DNA from: Oligoflexia bacterium
GTDB lineage: Bacteria > Bdellovibrionota > UBA1018
Length of the DNA stretch: 64,000 nucleotides
Assembly: GCA_963758495.1 (NCBI GenBank)
Contig: CAVWVI010000004.1
Location: 896,001 to 960,000 of the forward strand
Direction of reading: 5' to 3'
The number at the start of each line of letters is the position of its first letter. Positions within the stretch are counted from its first letter, which is position 1. The position numbers and the translations under genes are program-made. Under the pieces are notes generated by a model that did no database searches, was not told where the DNA came from, and saw only the letters and a program-made list of their open reading frames with translations. Of this stretch, positions 35,782-43,821 are shown piece after piece.

Positions 35782-37128
35782 CGAAGATTCATTCTCCTCA
35801 TTTATCGCTCGAAAAGTCGCTTCGAGCAATCCATTATAACAGCTCAATCTTGTTTCTTCTTTGCAGGGGCTTTTCGGGAAGATTCTGAGTGAAGTGGACG
35901 TGAAGGACATGCAGGGAGTTGATCCACTAGCTCTGTCAGGCTCGCCGATTTCTCTAAAAGCCTCTGGGCCATCTCTTCAAGTTCTTGGTAACCATAAATC
36001 CTCCTGCGCCGCCTCACGAGGGTATTGGATCCACTCCCCAGACGTACTTCATCGACGGCAAGACGTACTTCATCGGAGGAAGGTTCCTTGTATTTCATTT
36101 GAGCTTCTATTTTGTCTGCTTGAGCCTCAAAAGCACATACTTTCTTTTCAAAGTCCGGCCCAATTTTTCCATTCAGTAATTGTTCAGCGCCCCTTCGAAT
36201 TTGCTCATTCTGGTGTGTCAATAAAGGCTTCAAACTTTCTCTCATTTTAGCTTTTAACTGCGCCTCAAGTGCGACAGCTTCAGTCAAACGTGCCGTACTC
36301 TTTGCAGCCTGATCTTCAAGATTTTTCAACTTTCTTTCTTGTTCCTTTGGATCTTGAATTAAAGCGATCGTCTCTACTTTATTGTGAATGAAAGGATCGG
36401 GGTGATCCATTAAAGCAAGAATTCTACTTTCCTTTTCGGATTGACTCCCGATGGCTACATTTTTGTATTTACCTTTTTGTACATGAGCGAGGAATGAATC
36501 TACTTCCAGGTTCCATAATTCTCTTCGCAACCAAGAGTTCCTTTCCTTTTTAGCTCCCATCAATACCTTAGCTCGGTTGCGCACTTCTGGATCGGTATCC
36601 TGCGCCAAGTGTGAGAGCTGAGATATAAGTTTCAAAATCTCCTCTGTAGATGACTCCGCCCAATCGAGTGCGGTTTTACCATCTTTCATTTTAGCATTAA
36701 TGTCCGCTCCCTGAATCATTAAATATTCAACAACCTCTGGGTGGCCTTGATGAGCCGCAAGTATAAGAGCGGTAACTCCATCCTCACGAGCATGATTTAC
36801 GTCGGCTCCCTCTTTAACAAGGGCCATGACTTGAGATAGATCGCCATCACCCGCCGCTGAAATAAGATCAGTGTCTGCAAAAGAAACCTGAGACACAAGC
36901 ATGAGTGAAATGAGAAGTATCAAAACCGCTCTTGCGCTCTCATTTCTAATCCTGTTCTTAACATGCTTTACCGTGGAAACAATTACATGAATCATGCATC
37001 ACGTTTAAAAGTTATGTTTACATAATTTTATAATAATTTCCGATGACTTTACAAGAAACTTTTTATTTATTTTAATAATATATAAATACATATCGGCATC
37101 TTTTGCCGACATCGAGAAGCACCTACTC
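35782..37128. repeat. Direct repeat unit B (second copy of the ankyrin cassette)
   Basis: Matches 32417..34159; both begin cgaagattcattctcctcat and end gagaagcacctactc. Confidence 0.9.
35844..36995 (-). CDS. Secreted ankyrin-repeat protein, paralog 3 (minimal repeats, long helical C-terminus)
   Basis: Same leader, N-cap + one internal repeat + C-cap, then HEAT-like/coiled-coil tail nearly identical to paralog 2. Confidence 0.9.
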   Translation of the reverse strand: MIHVIVSTVKHVKNRIRNESARAVLILLISLMLVSQVSFADTDLISAAGDGDLSQVMALVKEGADVNHAREDGVTALILAAHQGHPEVVEYLMIQGADINAKMKDGKTALDWAESSTEEILKLISQLSHLAQDTDPEVRNRAKVLMGAKKERNSWLRRELWNLEVDSFLAHVQKGKYKNVAIGSQSEKESRILALMDHPDPFIHNKVETIALIQDPKEQERKLKNLEDQAAKSTARLTEAVALEAQLKAKMRESLKPLLTHQNEQIRRGAEQLLNGKIGPDFEKKVCAFEAQADKIEAQMKYKEPSSDEVRLAVDEVRLGSGSNTLVRRRRRIYGYQELEEMAQRLLEKSASLTELVDQLPACPSRPLHSESSRKAPAKKKQD

Positions 37129-37222
37129 TCCATTTTCAACATCTGGATTTGTTTCGACAGGTCAGTTTGGCAAATTTTTACGAGCATATTTCGACAACAA
37201 TGGGGGAGTTCCCAACGTCTGA
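37123..37222 (-). pseudogene. Duplicated 3' end of the 716-aa gene
   Basis: ctactctccattttcaacatctggatttgtttcgacagg... aligns with about 39357..39456. Confidence 0.8.
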
Positions 37223-37429
37223 GGCTATTGACGTCCGAGCAGCAAGCTACCGAATAGGGTAGGTCGGCATTTAAAGTCCACGACTTTCGTTAGATCAAAT
37301 GACACTTTAAGTATCTTCAAAAACAGATGAGGCAGTCAAAAATTACTGTGAGTACTAACTGAAGCTTGATCGGCCGATCGGGATGGGCCGAATTATAATA
37401 TTGAGCTACTCGAATTGACCTTCGAGGGC

Positions 37430-39211
37430 TCAATATTTGTATTTACCTTTTTGTACATTGGCGAGAAATGATTCTACTTTCCGGTTCCATAATTTCCTCT
37501 CCAACCAAGATTTTACTTTCTTTTTAGCTTCCACCAATGCCTTAGCTCGATTGCGCACTTCTGAATTGGTATCCTGTGCTAAGTGTATGAGCTGAGATAA
37601 AGGACCTGTCAAAATTTTCTTGACAGTAGATGACCTTGCCAAATCGACTGCGGTTTTACCATCTTTCCGTTTATAATTCACGTCTGCACCCTGAGTAATT
37701 AAATATTCAACAACCTCTGGATGGCCCCAGGATGCCGCCCACATGAGAGCGGTAGCTCTCTCCTTATTTGCATGATTTACATCGGCTCCCTTTTCTATCA
37801 GGTACTTTGCTATTTCTGAGTGGCCTTTTTCTGCCGCGCACATAAGTGCGGTACTTCCATCCTCTCTGCCATAATTTACATCTGCCCCATTTTCTATCAG
37901 ATACTTTGCTATTTCTAAGTATCCTTTATATGCCGACCACGTAAGGGGGGCATCTCCCTTCTTATTTGCATGATTTACGTCGGCTCCCTTTTCAACAAGG
38001 GATTTTACTTGAGATAGGTTGCCACTTTGCGCCGCTGAAATAAGACCAGTCCCTGCAAAAGAATCCTTAAATGAATGTTTCAGAATTTCCTTTGTAGATG
38101 AATGTGCTAGATCGAGTGCGGTTTTACCATCTTTCTGTTTATGTTCAACGTCGGCTCCTTTTTCTATCAGGTACTTTACTGTTTCTACGTGGCCTCCGTT
38201 TGCCGCCCACATGAGAGCAGTAGATCCCTCCACAAGAGTAGGATGATTTACGTCGGCTCCCTTTTCTATTAGGTACTTTATTATTTCTAAGCGGCCTTTA
38301 CTTGCTGCCCACGTAAGAGGGGTAGGTCCCTCCTTATTTGCATGATTTACGTCGGCTCCCTTTTCTATCAGGTACTTTATTATTTCTAAGTGGCCTTTAT
38401 CTACCGCCCACATGAGAGCAGTAGCTCCCTCCTTATTTGCATGATTTACATCTGCTCCCTTTTCTATCAGGTACTCTACTATTTCGGGGTGACCTTTATA
38501 TGCCGCCGACATAAGAGGGGTAGATCCTTCCTTATCAGCATGATTTACATCTGCTCCCTTTTCTATCAGGTACCTTGCTATTTCTAGGTGGCCTCTATAT
38601 GCCGCCCGCAAAAGAGGGGTAGATCCTTTCTGATTTACATGATTTACGTCGGCTCCCTTTTCAACCAGGGAAATTACCTGAGATAGGTTGCCACTTTGCA
38701 CTGTCGAAAGAAGATCAGTCTCTGCAAAGGAACCCTTAAATGAATGTTTCAGAATTTCCTTTGTAGATGGGTGCGCTAGATCGAGTGCGGTTTTACCATC
38801 TTTCCGTTTATAATTCACGTCTGCACCCTGAGTGATTAAATATTCAACAACCTCTGGATGGCCCCAGGCTGCCGCCCACATGAGAGCGGTAGCTCCATTC
38901 TTATTTGCATAATTTACATCTGCTCCCTTTTCTATCAGGTACTTTGCTATTTCTGGGTAGCCATTGATTGCCGCCCACGTAAGGGCGGTAGTTCCATCCT
39001 CATGGGCATGATTTACGTCGGCTCCCTTTTCAACCAGGGAAATTACCTGAGATAAATTGCCACTTTGCACCGCTGAAATAAGATCAGTCTCTGCAAAGGA
39101 AACCTGAGACATAAGCATGAGTGAAATGAGAAACACCAAAACCGCTCTTGTACTCTCATTTTTAATCCTTCTCTTAGCGCGCTTTACAGTGGAAGTAACT
39201 TTATGAATCAT
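37430..39211 (-). CDS. Secreted ankyrin-repeat protein, paralog 4 (three capped modules, short C-terminus)
   Basis: Same leader; three N-cap/internal/C-cap blocks; ends KVESFLANVQKGKYKY like paralog 1. Confidence 0.93.
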   Translation of the reverse strand: MIHKVTSTVKRAKRRIKNESTRAVLVFLISLMLMSQVSFAETDLISAVQSGNLSQVISLVEKGADVNHAHEDGTTALTWAAINGYPEIAKYLIEKGADVNYANKNGATALMWAAAWGHPEVVEYLITQGADVNYKRKDGKTALDLAHPSTKEILKHSFKGSFAETDLLSTVQSGNLSQVISLVEKGADVNHVNQKGSTPLLRAAYRGHLEIARYLIEKGADVNHADKEGSTPLMSAAYKGHPEIVEYLIEKGADVNHANKEGATALMWAVDKGHLEIIKYLIEKGADVNHANKEGPTPLTWAASKGRLEIIKYLIEKGADVNHPTLVEGSTALMWAANGGHVETVKYLIEKGADVEHKQKDGKTALDLAHSSTKEILKHSFKDSFAGTGLISAAQSGNLSQVKSLVEKGADVNHANKKGDAPLTWSAYKGYLEIAKYLIENGADVNYGREDGSTALMCAAEKGHSEIAKYLIEKGADVNHANKERATALMWAASWGHPEVVEYLITQGADVNYKRKDGKTAVDLARSSTVKKILTGPLSQLIHLAQDTNSEVRNRAKALVEAKKKVKSWLERKLWNRKVESFLANVQKGKYKY

Positions 39212-39325
39212 GGATCACCCTTAAAAGTTATGTTCACATAATTTTATAATAATTTCCGATGACTTTACAGGGAATAAATTTTTATTTATTTTACAATATA
39301 TAGATAAATATAGGTATTTTTTTCC

Positions 39326-39355
39326 GACCTAGAGAAACACTGACCTAGAGAAACA
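39326..39355. repeat. 14-bp direct repeat GACCTAGAGAAACA x2
   Basis: 39326..39339 and 39342..39355, just past the 716-aa gene stop. Confidence 0.7.
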
Positions 39356-39356
39356 T

Positions 39357-41507
39357 CTACTCCCCATTTTCAACATCTGAATTTGTTTCGACAGGTTGGT
39401 TTGGCAAATTTTTATGAGCGGATTTTGACAACAACGGAGGCGCTCCCAACGGCTGGGCCTGTGATGAGTTTGACAATCCCTCAGATGAACTAGAATTTTG
39501 ACTTCCTGAATTCTGGCGACGAATTTCAGACAACAGAGGAGGAGATGCCAAGGGCTGAGACTTTGACGAAACTACTGGAGTTCCAGGCGCACTCAAATCA
39601 GTTCCCGCAGGGGATGAAAGCGCTTGGTTTGAGCCACCCAGCAATTGATAGAGATAATTGTCTCCCAGTGCCAAGTAGACTTGTTCGATCTCGTTCAATT
39701 TTTCATTAATTTTCCTATTGATATCTTGAACTTTACCTGGTCCTTGATCACTGACTATCTTCCCTACCCAGCCACTGACTTTCGTATTGCCGGATAAAAA
39801 TTCACTTGCTCCCTTTTCTTTGAGCGTAGCTAAAAACACATCCGTAATCACTTTAAACTTTAGGAACTCGTCCTCACCCTTCAATACTTGATTTGTTTTA
39901 CTGATATCTTGAACATCAAGTCCTTTCACTAAATTATCGATCACAGCAAGTCGCGTGACGGGATCGAGTGCCAATAACTTTTCTTCCCATGACTTCTTTT
40001 CATGAGATAAAACTTTTTCCGGCGTACCTTTTTCTACTTTTTGAAAGAGCTCATTATAATACTGTTTACGTCCGGCATCCATTACCGAAGCTAAATAGGT
40101 ATTTAATTGAGCATATTTTTTCTGAATACTTTCTTTTTTCATGTCTTCATGGTGGTTTATAAATTGATCTAACTCTGACAAACGAAGAATCGTCTCTAAA
40201 GAAACTGTACAATGATCTGCTACTGAATCTTGAAGCCCGGCTTCAATTACAGAAGAGTTCTTCTCCAAAGTAGCTGCTTTGCCTGTACTGCTAAATAGCT
40301 TTCCAAGCTTTGATCTTCCATTATTCGCAGTCATCACTGCAGTGACCTCTTCATTGAGTCTTTTTTCATGGTCCTCGCATTGCTTGCTTTTGTGATGAAT
40401 TGCGTTTCTCGCGTCTCGCTCTTTATTTTTATCTCTTGTCTTCTCACTCCCCTTTTCACCCATGAGACCATTTAAATATTCGCTTGCTAGCATCGAATAC
40501 ACAGATTGGATATTTTCCGATTGTCTGCTTAAAATTTCTCGAACACTTTGAGGACCCGAGATAAAAGAATTGTCTTTTTTATTTAAAATTTTACCTACCC
40601 AGGAATTATTTTTACTACTCAATAGCTTTGAAACATTACTTTCATTTGTAAAAGTAGAAATTCGTTTATCTGCAAGTGCGGGTAAAAATACATCCGAGAC
40701 GACTTTGAAAGTCGCATAATCTTTCGGACTCTTAAGAAGATCATTGCGATTCTCTAATAAGAGACTTTCTCTAGCTCTAACTGCTTCTAATAATGTTTCG
40801 ATCAAGGCCAATCTACGAGACGGATTCCAATCTTCTCGATCAAAAACCGTCATTAATTTATTTTTTTGATTTACAAGTAACATCCTCAAATCTTGGTATG
40901 AAGATGATTTTTTAGAATCCTCTCTGAGTTCCTTTTCTATTTCATTGATTTTCTGGCTCATCCCTTTATCAATGAGATTTTGCAATTCAGTGTAAAACGT
41001 CTTCCCATTCACTCTACTTGTCTTTAATTTAGTTTCAGCACCTGAAATTTTAAGAACATCTTCTTTAAATTTTTCGTGATGATTTCTCATTAAATTAATT
41101 TCAGCAAGGTCCAGAACTGTTTCAAAAGAAAGATTACATTCTTTCTCATCCAAGGACGCCAATACTTTATGTAATTCATCTACATGATTCACAAGCAGTC
41201 TGGTTTTTCCAACCTTACTGGCACTCGTTCCAGACATGACTTGTGAGACCATGTCATGAACCTTTTTCATATCCACATCACAAGCAACCGAATCTAATGT
41301 TTTGATCAAGCTAGCACGAAGCAAAGGCGCATTACTCTGGGGTGTGCAAGCAGCCTTACCTTGTAGATCCTTCTCCTCTTCTTGTTGAATTCCTATGATA
41401 TTATTTACAGCTTTTTTTTCAATCTTGAGATCGTCCAAATCTCCCGCTATTGCTTGATTCGCCGTTGCAGTCATAAAAGCCGCACAAAAACATATTAAAC
41501 TTATCAT
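39357..41507 (-). CDS. Secreted hypothetical protein with two tandem homologous helical domains
   Basis: Signal peptide; internal repeat motifs NHHE, FKV(V/I)xDVFL, WVGKI each occur twice; Ser/Pro-rich tail. Confidence 0.8.
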   Translation of the reverse strand: MISLICFCAAFMTATANQAIAGDLDDLKIEKKAVNNIIGIQQEEEKDLQGKAACTPQSNAPLLRASLIKTLDSVACDVDMKKVHDMVSQVMSGTSASKVGKTRLLVNHVDELHKVLASLDEKECNLSFETVLDLAEINLMRNHHEKFKEDVLKISGAETKLKTSRVNGKTFYTELQNLIDKGMSQKINEIEKELREDSKKSSSYQDLRMLLVNQKNKLMTVFDREDWNPSRRLALIETLLEAVRARESLLLENRNDLLKSPKDYATFKVVSDVFLPALADKRISTFTNESNVSKLLSSKNNSWVGKILNKKDNSFISGPQSVREILSRQSENIQSVYSMLASEYLNGLMGEKGSEKTRDKNKERDARNAIHHKSKQCEDHEKRLNEEVTAVMTANNGRSKLGKLFSSTGKAATLEKNSSVIEAGLQDSVADHCTVSLETILRLSELDQFINHHEDMKKESIQKKYAQLNTYLASVMDAGRKQYYNELFQKVEKGTPEKVLSHEKKSWEEKLLALDPVTRLAVIDNLVKGLDVQDISKTNQVLKGEDEFLKFKVITDVFLATLKEKGASEFLSGNTKVSGWVGKIVSDQGPGKVQDINRKINEKLNEIEQVYLALGDNYLYQLLGGSNQALSSPAGTDLSAPGTPVVSSKSQPLASPPLLSEIRRQNSGSQNSSSSEGLSNSSQAQPLGAPPLLSKSAHKNLPNQPVETNSDVENGE

Positions 41508-41648
41508 ATTTACAAATTTTCACATAACATGAAAATAATGTAAAGACTATACTCGACCTTCCTAAGTAATTGATTTAGCTCTGTTATATCAATTACTTTA
41601 GTATATATACTAATCTCAAGAGTAAGTAGTTCCTTTAGAACTGCTGAC

Positions 41649-41720
41649 AAGCACTGCAAGGAGTCCTATTGCGCCGTAAAGGTTTGGATTCCCGGCGCAA
41701 CAGGACTCCTTGCAGTGCTT
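41649..41720. repeat. Palindromic REP/MITE-like element, copy 2 (complete, 72 bp)
   Basis: 28-bp arms with one mismatch (AAGCACTGCAAGGAGTCCTaTTGCGCCG / CGGCGCAAcAGGACTCCTTGCAGTGCTT), 16-nt loop. Confidence 0.9.
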
Positions 41721-41724
41721 ACTC

Positions 41725-42780
41725 TTAATAGAGATAAGTGAATTTCATTGAGCTTTTAAAAAGCTCTTCAATGGCTCGAAGTTTATGTAAATCCTGCCCA
41801 TGAATGTGGCTTTTAAGTCGCGTTAGGGATTTTGTGGTATGAGCCAGCGTTTCCAGGAGATAGGAAAGGAGCTGAGTCGCTAATTCGGAATCAGGACTTT
41901 CTCCTAAAGAAAGGATTGTTTCGGAAATTCCCTGAAGAGTACTCAAGTTTGAAAAAGCCTTCGAAAAAGCCAAAAGCTTTCGATGGTCGGGTGAATTCTT
42001 CCTAAAAATAGAGGGAGTACCCAGCCCCACCTTCTCATGATCTGGCTGAAATGAGGCGGTGACCAGGTCTAGATAGCTGTTGAATGCCCCCCGCTTCAAG
42101 CCATTCGGACCTGCCTTGATCGAAGCCATGAACAGGTGAGAATCTGAAATATCCTTGAATCGGTCTAAATACTCCATAACTCGATCCATCGGATCTTCGG
42201 ATTTCCATTGAATGGGAGTACCCGTAACAGCCTCATAACGCACTCCGTCCTCAATAAAGGGAAGCAGTTTCATTCGATCTTTTGGGACGTTATGAATCTG
42301 TTTATAGAGCGCCTGTGCAAGAACGTAATTTGATTTCCTCGCCTCCAAGACTTCCTTTGCCCATCCAAGGAAGAGTGGCGTCAGCGACTGACTTAATTTT
42401 TGAGCTAGCCTTTTACTTGCCTCTATTGCTGTTGGATTAGGAAAACGGAGTGGATAATCTTTTCCAAGGGCTCGGAAACTCACTCTCATTTTTACTAATT
42501 TAAATCCTTTTTGTTGATAAGAGATTGTATTATTACATTTTATTGTTAGATCAATTGGATCCAGTTCGGACAAGAATACAATCTTGCCATTATCATCCTC
42601 AATAGAATAACCTGTCACTTTTGAATAGTGTTGATTTTCATCTAAGGCCCAATTCCAATGAAGGGTGTTACTCGCGTCTTTCGAATAACAAACCAAATAG
42701 GCCGTTTCATGAGCAAAACCTGGGGTCAGTCCAACAACCCAGAGAATTAAACTAAATCGAATTAAATTTTTACAAAACAT
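41725..42780 (-). CDS. Secreted hypothetical protein
   Basis: 351-aa ORF, signal peptide ending PGFA, small N-terminal domain with two Cys and WNWA, helical C-terminal part. Confidence 0.7.
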   Translation of the reverse strand: MFCKNLIRFSLILWVVGLTPGFAHETAYLVCYSKDASNTLHWNWALDENQHYSKVTGYSIEDDNGKIVFLSELDPIDLTIKCNNTISYQQKGFKLVKMRVSFRALGKDYPLRFPNPTAIEASKRLAQKLSQSLTPLFLGWAKEVLEARKSNYVLAQALYKQIHNVPKDRMKLLPFIEDGVRYEAVTGTPIQWKSEDPMDRVMEYLDRFKDISDSHLFMASIKAGPNGLKRGAFNSYLDLVTASFQPDHEKVGLGTPSIFRKNSPDHRKLLAFSKAFSNLSTLQGISETILSLGESPDSELATQLLSYLLETLAHTTKSLTRLKSHIHGQDLHKLRAIEELFKSSMKFTYLY

Positions 42781-42893
42781 AGAGCAAATTCATACCATCA
42801 TTATTTAATATTTAAAAGAAAAATATTAATAAATATATTTTGACTCACTTGCTTATTTACCTGGTCAATGCTACCTAGAGTTGAATATAAACC

Positions 42894-43817
42894 ATGTTAT
42901 CCCAAGCTAATTTCTCTAAATTTTTAAATCAACTTCAAAAAGATTATCATCGCGCTCAGTTTCTTTCTTCTGACCCCTTAGAATTTGCTCACCGCTACAA
43001 AGACCCCTGGGATCAAGAAGCTGTCGCCCTACTTGCCGCAGTCTTAGCGTACGGAAATGTAAAACAGATCCGTAAATCAATCGAAGAAGCTTTGTCACGA
43101 ATGAGGCAAATCTCCAAAAGCCCCCAGGGCTTCGTAAAGTCCCTCCGAGATGCGCCTTATCGGAAAAAAGCCCACCGTATTTTTACAGGATACGTTCATC
43201 GATTTAACCAAGGATCTGATGTGGTTCATCTTTTCGAACTCCTTCAACAGAGCTGGGAAAAGTATGGCTCTCTCGGCGCTCATTTTACCTCTTACTTAAA
43301 TCCAACAGACTCCGATATCGGGGCAGCTCTCAGCTCCTTGATGGCACAATGGCATCAGTGGCTCAGACCTCAAAGCTCTCCTACCTTCTCGTATCTTTTA
43401 ACCTCACCTGAAAACGGCAGTTGTTGCAAAAGATGGTGTATGTTTTTGAGGTGGATGGGACGCCATGATGCTCTCGATTTAGGCTTATGGACTCAGACAG
43501 GCAAGCTTGCTTCTACAATTCAATCCACTCGCTTCCTCAAATCCCGGCAACTCGTGATGCCACTGGATACGCATACAGGCAGAATCAGCCAATACCTGGG
43601 CTTAACTACAAGAAAAAGTCTGAACTGGAAAGCCGCTATCGAGGTCACACAGTCTCTTAAAAAAGTAGACCCCAATGATCCAACCCGCTATGATTTTGCC
43701 TTATCGAGATTAGGAATCTTGGATATTTGCCAACGATCTTACCGCAAGGAGATTTGCAACGCATGTCAACTACTGCCCGCATGTCAGTTTGCCCAAGGTC
43801 ACAAACTCGCAAATTAA
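42894..43817 (+). CDS. TIGR02757/DUF2400 family protein (HhH-GPD-like)
   Basis: DPLEFAHRY, LAYG, SCCKRWCMFLRWM, DLGLW, MPLDTH, DPNDPTRYDFAL, C-terminal Cys cluster. Confidence 0.85.
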   Translation: MLSQANFSKFLNQLQKDYHRAQFLSSDPLEFAHRYKDPWDQEAVALLAAVLAYGNVKQIRKSIEEALSRMRQISKSPQGFVKSLRDAPYRKKAHRIFTGYVHRFNQGSDVVHLFELLQQSWEKYGSLGAHFTSYLNPTDSDIGAALSSLMAQWHQWLRPQSSPTFSYLLTSPENGSCCKRWCMFLRWMGRHDALDLGLWTQTGKLASTIQSTRFLKSRQLVMPLDTHTGRISQYLGLTTRKSLNWKAAIEVTQSLKKVDPNDPTRYDFALSRLGILDICQRSYRKEICNACQLLPACQFAQGHKLAN

Positions 43818-43821
43818 TTGA

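Noticed and set aside
30033..39211. Diversity-generating retroelement acting on the ankyrin repeats
   Set aside because: No reverse transcriptase in the window, no non-coding template repeat, and differences between repeats are not adenine-specific (e.g. TGG/TTC/GTG/CTT).
29900..39356. Integron cassette array
   Set aside because: No integrase, no attC-type RYYYAAC...GTTRRRY ends, and each gene has its own upstream region.
41563..41598. IHF-like sites (also 3718..3730)
   Set aside because: WATCAANNNNTTR matches are frequent in AT-rich DNA; nothing else supports a function.
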